Assembly: GCA_965637545.1 (NCBI GenBank)
Contig: OZ281494.1
Span: 35,774,001 to 35,838,000 of the forward strand
DNA from: Phallusia mammillata
Taxonomy: Eukaryota
Reading direction: 5' to 3'
Length of the DNA stretch: 64,000 nt
The position numbers and the translations under genes were made by a program. The notes under the pieces are model-generated. The model saw only the letters and a program-made list of their open reading frames with translations. It was not told where the DNA came from and ran no database searches. Below are positions 25,239 to 35,879 of the stretch, piece after piece (the stretch's first letter is position 1; each line of letters opens with the position of its first letter).

Positions 25239-26337
25239 CAGTGGTTTTCAACCGGTGGTCCGCGGACCCCTGGGGGTCCGCCAAGCGTTTTCAATGGGTC
25301 CGCGACAAACTCTTAATTCCCACAAAACGAGAATAATAAATTGCGATTTGAATAAACCGCTATGGCGTTTTAAGAATAGCATAAAACTTGTTTGAAACCA
25401 TTCTTCGTAGGCGACAAACCACAGTGCATTATGACATCTAAACCCCATTGTGATGTAACAGACGTAAATTGTCAGTGGAAAACAACGTCACATTACACTG
25501 TAACGGCTCTTTCTTGTTGATTCCCTATGTCGCAACCCAGAAAAAGGGATTAAAACTTTGGTCCTGGACCGATTTTGGCTGTAACTTTGTAAGATTGAGG
25601 TCTTACGGCCTTTGCGTGTTCAGATTGGATATTAATTGCTCCAGAAGTTGATTGTTTTTGTAGTTTATTCGATTCTACTCAGAGCGAATCCACTTACATC
25701 AATTCAATGCAGTACAACAGAATAGTAGTACAAGTAGAATTAGACTGGAAGTAGAATGGAAGTAGAATGGAAGTAGAATGGAAGTAGAATAACGCTCGGC
25801 CTAACTTACTACGTATATATAGATCTAGACAAACCGTCAGTTATTTCAAATATTGTTTACCAACGCTCAACGGTTATGCAATATCAGGCTCTGAAGCTAT
25901 TGTCCAACTTAACGGTCAGCATCTTAGCAACTCTCCAACCAACCACTGCGCTTTTGTGGTGACAACGCAGTCTGAGTAAACACAAACAACTTCGTACACA
26001 ACGAGTTAGTAGGGGGAACAAAAGACCGTTACTGCATTCAATCAATCGGCTGTTAGTGGACAAACATTATTTAGGGCGTTGGACAAGATATCAAAAGGGG
26101 CTATTCAAATTCAAACGGTTCGTTGCTAGTAAACAACGGCCAAAATTTCACTAGTGGAAAATCCATGAAATCAGCACAAATTATTAAAACTCAAAATTAA
26201 TACGTTACAACTTTATGCACCATGTTTTGGTTGCTTGTTAATAAAAAAGGACAAATTACCTAAAACTTCTAAGGGCTCCGCAATTAGATTACAGTACCGA
26301 AAAGGGTCCGCGAAGGCAAAAAGGTTGAGAACCACTG
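25239..26337. mobile_element. Non-autonomous hAT (Charlie-like) DNA transposon, 1099 bp
   Basis: TIRs CAGTGGTTTTCAACC / GGTTGAGAACCACTG (14/15). Perfect 8-bp TSD GTCTATAC at 25231-25238 and 26338-26345, close to the Charlie NTCTAGAN preference. Confidence 0.9.
25747..25790 (+). repeat. (GGAAGTAGAAT)x4 minisatellite inside the hAT element
   Basis: Four exact 11-bp units seen directly. Confidence 0.85.
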
Positions 26338-28269
26338 GTCTATACGCATCATGTGTAAGTAAATCTAAGTCCAGCACCCGGTCACAAACTAATATGAAAT
26401 TCCCGGCGTGGTTTCAAACGTAGCCCAAGTCACCTAGCTAAACTAATCACAACATTTCAAGTGCTGTTTTAGATACTACATCTTGCAACGTTTTACATCT
26501 AGTTAGAAATCCATGTGGGATAAAACCCAGCGAATCTTAAACCTACTCCATGAACGTATTTTTTTATTACCCCATGTATGTTGTTTGATGTCTAGTGCCA
26601 ACATGCGGACAAAACTATCACTCCTACTGACTAATACAGGACGAATAACGTATCAATAAAATTAACATTCAGCCATGAAATAGAAATCAGCCTTACCTTG
26701 GGCGAGTGAAGTGGATTCGTCAGCGTTCCGCAAACCATGTAAACTAAATCAATATGTAGATGCCGCAGCAGTTGGTCTACACAATATATTCCATGTTGCA
26801 TCAACTTTCAAATTCCACTGCACTGCATTTAGCCACAGAGTAAACATTCCAACACATAACTAGACACAAACTGCTGTTGATTAATATTTGATGCAAACAA
26901 AATATTTATCACACACAAAAGTGATCAAACTTGTTCAAACTGCCACAATCCTATCTCTACATCACCAGCTGTTTTTTATTGCTTTCTTAACCCGTGCACA
27001 TAAAACCTTCCACTTGTTTTGCTGAAAAGCGAGATTTTCACAATTTCGACGCCGAACAATCAACGCGCTTCCACAAGCATTGTTACGTCACAAAAACGCC
27101 AGTTTATTTGCAAGACTTGAATTGAACCGAAGGCAGAGTTTATGTGTTGGTGAAAAACGCTCAAATACTTTGCACTGGTCGATGTGCGATGAATAAAACT
27201 GCAAACAATATGTGAATATATTTCAATTAAAAAAAAAACATAACAGAGACCATTCATGCCCCAACGAAAGATATATGCATTTTGAAACTGATTTAAAACA
27301 ACTTTTTTGTCTTGCTTCGGAAATGTAAAGCCAGTAAACATATGCGTCATCCTGCTCGACTTTTTTCTTTAGACTGATTGGATAACAGTGTTGCTATAAT
27401 AAATATCTTGGGCGATCTTAAACATGCGTTGTAACGCGTTACATAACATGTTGGTCACATGTTACCAACCTCCAAAGTGCCATTTTCATAAAATATCATC
27501 ACTATCACTGTGACAAAAAACCGCATTTTGTTTTACATTAAGTTAAAACAGAAAGTTGCACAGGATCCGGTTTCTTCAATAAAGTATTGTTAGCTTTCAA
27601 GGCGCAAAAATCACCGAACCTGGCCCGAAAAGCCCGGCCCGAGTAGAAACCTTAACTGATCTTATTTGTCACCAAACCAGCCAGTCCACCACGTTAAAGT
27701 TTCAAAACAAATGTGTTTGTAACAACTTTGTTATTTCTTACAGCAATAGACCACAGGAAACTGGCTAATTAAAGTGAAACAAGCTTATAAAGTTTTTGAA
27801 TCACTGCTTTGAATAATTAGGAAGGAAGTCTCTGGTATCAGATCAGATTGACTGGGTCGGGTGTGGTTTGTATGGAACGATCAACATTTCCATCTGAAAC
27901 ATACGAGAATCAATAAATCAAAGTTTCTGTCACCCAATAACCTTTGCTCGGGGTCAAATCGACACAAACCAGACCCTGTAGTGACGGATTAACAACATAA
28001 CTGCACAGTTGGTATTAAATCAATATGTTTAGGCATGCAACAGTTCTTTTAATATTTTGTAATTCATCATTTTTGTAACCAGATTTCACTCACAAACCAG
28101 AAATATACATAAAATTTTTGCTATACAACGCATTGCTTTTAGATGTTTACATTTTTTCAAAAAAATGGAACAAACAATAAAAATTTAAAATATACAATTC
28201 AATTGTTCTGCACTGTTACGTCACACGCACAAATAACTAATCATCAATAACAACAAACTATCAACAATT

Positions 28270-31200
28270 TCATGACGTCAGTGTTTCGTTTACAATCCGC
28301 AAATTGTTTTGGGTTCTGTCCATGAATCGCTTTCGCTCTTCCACGGTCATATCCTCAGATTTTCTGTAAACATTAATTGCTTCTCTGTAATATTTCACAG
28401 CGTCCTCATCACGTGATGTTTTCCCGCAAACGAACCCAAGGTTGTTCAACAAGTCACCGTAGACTCCATATTTGGCTGCATCATCTCCAAACTTGCGTTT
28501 CAACAAACTTATTCCTTCCCTAATAGTTTCTTCCCTCAGTTGATGGGAGCCGATCAAATTTAGACTGTATTCAATTTGATTCAAACACCTGGCCTCACAT
28601 TTACATCGAATTTTGTCGTCGACTTGTGGTAGAGTTTGAATCTGGTGACGCATGTCAGCGATCAAGGGGATCACGTGATCGCCCACAATCGGTTTGCTTG
28701 TGACGTCACTGATCATCATTGATTCGTTTGTTTCTTTCAATTCCCACGCACAATCCTTTACACCTCTCGCTGCGTCATCGGGACTTTGTTGCTTTGCATA
28801 GAAATCTGATGCAATATGGCAGAACAGGATCGACTCGGGATATTTATTCGCATTCCGAAGTTTTACGGCTAAAGTTGTCAAATCATTTGCTGTGGTTTTG
28901 ACTTGACCTTCAATTAACCTTGAAAGTTGTTGTTTTATTAAATGTGCTTCGTTGTATTTTCCCCGTTTCACAGAATCTGAGTATTTCTGGACCAACTGGG
29001 ATTTTTCGTTGCTTCCAGCTGAAAAAAGAAAAAAGCCTATAAATATACAAAGGTAGTTACAAATGCATTCTTTTACATGTTGGCTTTTCACGTCAATATA
29101 CGCCCTGCTGGGTACAAATATTTGCGTGACTAACAATTGTTGACAGATAGTTGTACTATGTAGCAGCAGAAAGGAGTACTAACCAATGGTGTCTAAAACG
29201 ATAAAGTCGGCTGACTATCGATGGCGGCTTATAATCCAGTGAATATGGCCAATTACAAAACAAGTGAAAACAGGAAGAAACAGAAACGAGGAAAACTTAC
29301 TTTTGGGTTGAAATATTTCATCGAGGTATGTGCTAGTGACGTCATCTAAAAAAATACATTTTTGTTTTTAGCTTTTTTTTCGGTGAATTACCTTTTGCGT
29401 TTTTCTTCTGATTATAAAAACAACGCACACATATAATTTATTAAGTTAGGTCAGTCAGTCACATTTAGTTAAACTACTTGACTTATTTGTCTTGTAAAGA
29501 ATTTCAGAACTGACAATATGACGTAACAATCCTTTTCACTCATGACGTAAGCAAGGTGGAACCGGAAACAGCACATTTACGCAATAGAAGGCCCAAAATT
29601 ATGGAATTCTATTCCTCAATATATCAAAGGCAACTCCCTCCACCTGTTCTGCAAATTATACAAACAAAAACTTTTGGATAACTATTTGACCCTGTGAGTT
29701 TGTTGCGTTTGTGCCATGCTTTTCATCCGCATTATTTTCGTGCAGTGAACATTTCGCTTGTATTCCTCTCGCCAGTTCCCTAGCAACCACGTGTTATATC
29801 TACTTACTTTAACAGGACCAATAGCGTACATCAATTATGTCATTGCAACCTGCGTACAATAACTAGTTTCCATTATCTAATTGCTCCAGTTGTGTGACTA
29901 TTATTTTTTCTTCTTTCCTGCCTACTTATATTTATTTCTGCATACGGATGGCTGATCTGATGACCGGTAAGGTCCCTTCGCCATCCGCCAGTTGCTTGAT
30001 TTTTGTATTTCATTGTATGCAATAACAGTATGCGCAACTGAAAATAAATATAATGAATGAATGAAGGAAATACCTCGTTGCTGTGGTGATGTGACGTCAT
30101 TCGCTGCTTCCATCTGTTGTGTTCGTGAACTTGGACCTCGTGGGGTGTCACGTGATGTGCTGGGAAGGTCGATGTTGCTTGCTGGTCTGCTCGATTCTGT
30201 CAATCAACAAACATCGGTTGAAAACACACTTGAATGGCGGAAGTGACGTAAATACATGACGTCATCGTGTTTAAACAGCGACAAAAGTCCAATAGTGGAA
30301 TATGTTTGTTATTTCCAAGTTTTGTGTCTCGTTATTCAACCAACATTCGATTTTACCTTCTGCTGTGTAAAATGTTTGGTCACGTGGTGAAAACTGGCGA
30401 ATCGGAACGAGTTGATTCTCAGCTGGTCTTTCAACTTTCAAATCCATTTGCCTCACAGAATTTGTCACTTGTTGCAGAATTGCTGCTGGGATTTGTGCGT
30501 CAACTAAACTCTGAAATTTGTCTCTAACTTCAGTTATATCTGGACGTTTTGTTGGATCGTGCTCCCAGCATCTTTTCATTTCTTCTTCCATCACTTTGGC
30601 TGCTAGTTTGTCGTCGTTGTTGTCGAGACTTGCTTTCAAATCATCAATCGCATCACAGTTTGGCCTCTTGCCGTTGATGATTGCATTTAACAAAGCAACT
30701 CCATCAGTTGGTGGATAAGGCTCTTCACAAGTAAGATACATATGGATTACCAAGCCAAACCCATACACGTCATGTCCCTTTCTCGGTTTCATTGTAATAT
30801 CTTCAAGTTTTTCTGGAGCGGTGTATAGAGCTGTGAATTGGATCTTTTCATCAGTGGCTGGAAGTCGAACAGTGGTTGATCCAGTTGTAGCAGCAAGCTT
30901 GGCCGAGCCAAAATCTGCCAATCTTGCGTGTAGATCTCTCGTCAGCAAGATGTTTTCAGGTTTCACGTCGCTATGAACCAATTTGTGACCAGGCAAGTTG
31001 TGAATGAAAGCTATTCCGTCCGCTGTTTCGACCAACTGACGAAGACGGAGTGGAATTCCTTTGGTGATTTCGTCATTGAGAAGGAAATCTCTGAGGTTAC
31101 CACCTTCATAATACTGCATGACAATTCCCATGCCACACGGCAGCGTCAACCAGCCATATGTCCTCACTACGTTTTCAGTTTGGGCGGATTGCAGCTTGCC

Positions 31201-32092
31201 TAGTTCTTTCATAACTCTGTTGAAATTAGAGTTAGACCGTTTGAGTCAGTCGTATACCAAAGACCAGACCGAGGGTAACGAACTAACGCGCAATCGCGCT
31301 ATTCTACAATCGACATGTGATGTCAGAAACGCCGAAAGTTATGTTAAATCGAGCCCAAATACCGGGGCTTTCAACTACATCTAAACAAGAGCAAAACGAG
31401 CCCAATTTGACTTTAATTACAACACGGTATGCAATGCTCATACATGAGAATAGATAAAAAGTGAGAATAGGTAAAAGTTTTTTGAAAGCATGCACTAAAA
31501 AGCGCAACCAGCAACACAAAGTCTAAAGCATTAATTTAAATATACATGTCACGACTGCATTAACTCGTCGTTGCAACCTGGTGCTGCAGTGCGGCCGCAG
31601 GTTGTGCACCCCTGTCTTAGACTATAGTATTTGGGAGGGAAAACCGCAACCCTGGCAACACTGTCCGCATTGTTTTGTCACACTGGCTTAATATGTTAGG
31701 AGAAAATAACATCACGTGATTGGTTCCACTCTGTTTTTGTTCGATCACAATCGTAAATTAAACTAGTGACGTAAAATGAATTAGCGTGGTGGTAAAAATG
31801 GACGCTTTTCCAAAACCAAAGTTGTATAGTTGAAAAACATACTTACGTATTTGTAAACAGTTTCTTAGCTTGCACTCCGCCATGGCATTCCATGACTTTA
31901 ACAGCAACTTTGTCGAGTTTTTTATGTTTTCCGACGAGAATCACTCCGAAACTTCCAGAACCCACAATACTTGACTTTGGGTCACACAGAATATCATCAG
32001 CATCAAATTCACCCAACTGAAAATTATCACAACATTTAACAAACTATAACTGAATTCCAAACTTTCTTACTTACATTAGATTGACTTGCCAT
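28270..32092 (-). CDS. RIPK-like (TKL) Ser/Thr kinase fused to a C-terminal helical/TPR domain, copy 1, about 654 aa, 6 exons
   Basis: Exons 32092-32075 (MASQSN), 32016-31847 (GSGSFG, VAVK), 31216-30357 (KE alphaC, HSDVKPEN, DFG, APE), 30196-30074 (S/P/T linker), 29345-29301 (45-nt micro-exon), 29018-28270 (helical; TPR-consensus LLNNLGFVCGKTSRDEDAVKYYREAINVY). All GT-AG with matching phases; total 1965 nt, open. Confidence 0.85.
29535..29700 (+). mobile_element. 3' end of a CR1/L2-group LINE in intron 4 of kinase-TPR copy 1
   Basis: Translates as AIEGPKLWNSIPQYIKGNSLHLFCKLYKQKLLDNYL, the G-P-K-L-W-N-x-x-P terminus of CR1/L2-group ORF2. Copy 2 keeps only the first part (about 42015-42090). 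Confidence 0.6.
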
Positions 32093-35000
32093 CTTTTTTT
32101 TTGTCACTTGAAGTTAAGGTTTTGAAAGCTTGCAAACTGTCAACCACTCCCTTATTTAGCAAAGTTTCAAAAGTTCCTCTCACAGCAGTGTGACGTTTCA
32201 TGAGGTTGGTTTCTCTTTTAAAGCCAATTGTGTCGTCACTTCCTGCCATCTTAAAGCTTAATGTTGAGACGACGTCAATTCCATTTCAAGTCAAGCGTTA
32301 CAAAACACCTTTTGTCAGCTCAATTATAACTCTTTTTTAATAGCCCATTCAAACGTCATTTATCAACTTAATTACATCGACTGTAATTATGGTGATGAGA
32401 ATGACGTCACATAAAGTGCAACAATTTAGTGCAGGTCCAGTAAGATCTAAAAAACATATCGTTCTGGAGTTCATATATTTTAAGATCGCTACAAATTCAC
32501 AACATCTCAAAATGTGAGTTTGTGTTGTTGATCCTTAACCTTTGGTGGAATGTTAACCAAACCATGCGCTCCATGTGGACATTTCAGGTAATACTGTTTT
32601 CCACTTCCACATTTTGAAATAAAGGTTTTGTTCAACCTGCCATGACAACTATTTATAGGATAAACAAGTTCCAGCTCTCAACACAACGAAACGTACAAAT
32701 CCATATGGAAAGCATGCGACCACCCCAAGCGCATGAGATAAGACGATGCTGCGTTACAACAACTAACGTGGTCACCCAACGTTTCCAAACAACAGACCGA
32801 GCATTAAACAACGTTTTCTTGTCACAAAGCAACAGGCAATGTCCCTATTGGATTTATGGGAACAAATGTAATGGAAAAATCGAGCCCATTATTCGCAGTA
32901 ACTATTATCTCCCACATTGTTGTATTAAATATACGTACAAAAATAAATCTTAAAGGTATAAAAAATCGTTTATTAAGGTAAGGTTTTAAAAGTTCGAAAA
33001 CTGTCAAGCACTCCCTTATTCAGGAAAGTTTTATCTAAGTTCAGCAGTGTGACGTTTCATGGGGTTTGTTCCGCTTAAGTAGCCAAGTATGACGTCGCTC
33101 AGTGATCTCGTACAAGTTGGTGGAGACGCCAGGTTCATTTTAAGCGTTACGAAAACACCTTGTGTCAGCCGAATTATAACTCTAGTAGCCATTGCGTGGA
33201 ATGAATTAAGGTTAAATATAACATGCCCCAAGTCTTTGTTGTTCGGGAACGTATTGTAGTATTCTGAAATCCCAATTTCGAACCCAAACAAACAAATTAA
33301 AACACTTGCTCTGTTTTATCGCATATCTCTTCGAAATTGTGTTTTTTGTTTGGTGTAAAGCCGTTGAATCGTGTTTTGCGTTCGTCGTTTCACTGGTTTA
33401 GAATATTTTTATTTTATTGTAAATAAATCCTGATAAGATTTCGATTCTTGTTTGGAACTGAATCGGTATAACGTTTTATTATATTGTCCAACCATAAACA
33501 CAGACTGATTCAAATGTACTGAAAGCCTCAGTATTGTATAACACTGAGTGTTAATAAGTTGCAAGGTTAAACCATTGAATGTTTAAAATTGTTTGACAAA
33601 ACATATAACCACTACCGACACCGCGTGGCTGACATGTGTTCCAGATTGGTCGTGTCTGATGGCCTCGTTGTTCCTTCTATCCTTGATACGATGTTTATTA
33701 TCAACATAGCGAATAAGCTGGCATCATACGTGGGCAGTATCTGATGTGATTACTCCACTGTCGAGCTGCAAAACACAATAATCGATGTTTTCATCAATTT
33801 TACAAGTTTCTGACGACTTCAATTCGCTACAACGATTTCGATTTGACCAGGTTGTTGATATGTCGTCACCACCGCCCCAAACCGCCCAATCGAATTCCGA
33901 GGTTGTCGAAGTAATTGAGCAACATAAACGCGGTGGCAAGACTCAGTCGATCACAGATCCAACATGAAATCCGATCCGGGCGATCGCGTGAAATTCGTTG
34001 ATCAACCAACAATCTATCTACTAAACGGGTATGGGAGCAAAATCGATGCGACCATTATTATGCAGAAGCTCATTTTACCCTGTTTCAAACGAACCTTCAG
34101 TAGTAACATAAAGTTTAAAACAATTCCAATTAATCACACCAAACTTCCACGATGAACTATTTCAACGACACCCATATATATTCTCGCAGTGTTAAAAGGT
34201 TTAGGGCAAGCATTTAGTTGGGCCACACATATTGTCTAACACGTCAGGACACCACAGTCACGTTGGCGCGTTCACACAAAGAAAGGGACTGTTTGTAATG
34301 TGTTTGTGATGCATATTAGCTTGAGTAAGGCTTCCTATATTTCAAAGTGACAATAATTCCAATGTGCCTTTTCATCTGTTAAACTCTTATTGCGCCGAAG
34401 CAACCGACAAAGTCAATCGGCATCTTATCACGGACAAAAAAGTCGGTGACAAAAGCGAAAGCCCAGTGAAACCGCCTCGCGAGTTTAACAACCCGACGAA
34501 ACGCCGCATGTACAAACCAAGTCTTCTATTTAACTTTACTGCGCGGTGTTCGCAATCGCCAGCTTGAGGCATCCCACGAGACCAGCCAACGCGATTCAAT
34601 GCAGCCAGCAGAGTGGTCGACATGCACGTGATATCCCATGTTCATCACGTGACAGTGATTCAGGATTCAACCGAACGGCGAGAGATGAAATCCATGCTGG
34701 CCAAGCTGGACAAACTGTGCAGCAAACAGCTTCCATGTTTCGTCGCGAACCCGGCCATGTCAGCCAAACTTCGCTGAAATACCTTGTCTATTAAGTACAG
34801 GGGAAGAAAAGCACCGTTCGGTGGTTCCCCAGTGACGTCGATTGAAATGTGTCAATCATTCTACTACAGTTTCACCCACTTTGAATAGGAGGTTTGTTTA
34901 AAAGATTTTTTCTCTGTGCGCTGTGAAGTAGAAACGTGGTGTTGATGAGACGTGGTAGGTTACAATGGAACATTTTGTGTCAGTATTAGGTTGTTTTAGT

Positions 35001-35179
35001 ATATGTCAACGTTAAGCGCCCACCATTTTAATTGCGGTGATATTGGCTTACGTTTTATATTGATGAATACAAATTTTAATTTAATTTACAAAACAAGTGT
35101 AACCGTTTTCTGGTATAAGATCGGATTTACTGACGTTGGTTTGTTTGAAAAAGTTAAAGTCACCCAAAACTACCAGACA

Positions 35180-35420
35180 AAATTACGAGGCTGTCAAAAT
35201 AATTTCGTACCAACACGCAGAAATTGGAATTGATCCTAAATAAGTTTGTGGGCACTTTTCACACAGAGAGGCGATGCATTTTGGAAGCCATGTTCCATCA
35301 GTTGCACAGCACAGATTGTTTCGCCCCTCGCATATACAGGTTACCAAAAATCCACAAAGGCATTCCTGTACACTCGCGAAATACCTGGTCAAGTTATCCG
35401 TTAGTGGGCAATACAGAGTC
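35180..35420 (+). pseudogene. Penelope-like retroelement reverse-transcriptase fragment
   Basis: Translates as TQKLELILNKFVG...LHSTDCFAPRIYRLPKIHKGIP, matching the PLE RT motif PRxYGLPKIHK. It is truncated. The higher-GC sequence at about 33600-34800 may be more of the element but I could not confirm that. Confidence 0.7.
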
Positions 35421-35879
35421 GCAATATCACATGTTCAAGATATAACACTGTAGGTTTCGTCACTGTTTAAGATTGTAACCGTTGAATAAGCAGTGAATAT
35501 CGCTTTATTAAGAGCATTGGCTGCTAAAAATCTCAAGAAAATACGCTTTTTCTCCTTATGAAAGCAGGTTTTTCGTTTGTATTTCATTCACGGCTGCATT
35601 GCAAATAGAAAGATGGGTAAATAACTAAATCCTCGGTCATAAGGGTTCAGAAACTTGTTACTTTACAGATGAGTGGATATTATAGGAGGGATGACAGTAT
35701 ATACCTAATCGTGGCACCCTTCCTTGTTGCAGCAATTTGTCGCATTGTAAAGGCCACTCCCGTTAAGGCATTAAGTCCTTTGCGCAAAGACGACCTCTGA
35801 TGCCGAACAGATACTGTCAAAAGGACTACCGTTCCAATTCCAGGAGGAACCGTCCACAAAACAGCCAGGTGTCAAAGCC

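Noticed and set aside
30074-30400. RHIM or death-fold motif in the kinase-TPR linker
   Set aside because: No (I/V)Q(I/V/L)G core, and the linker is short and S/P/T-rich.
28270-31212. Reading the kinase and TPR ORFs as two separate intronless genes or a prokaryote-like operon
   Set aside because: The kinase ORF lacks subdomains I-II without the upstream exon, the TPR ORF starts in a pyrimidine tract, and conserved in-phase splice sites join them in both copies.
32642-32953. 103-aa + strand ORF upstream of kinase copy 1
   Set aside because: No recognisable domain or splice context, and no counterpart in unit 2.
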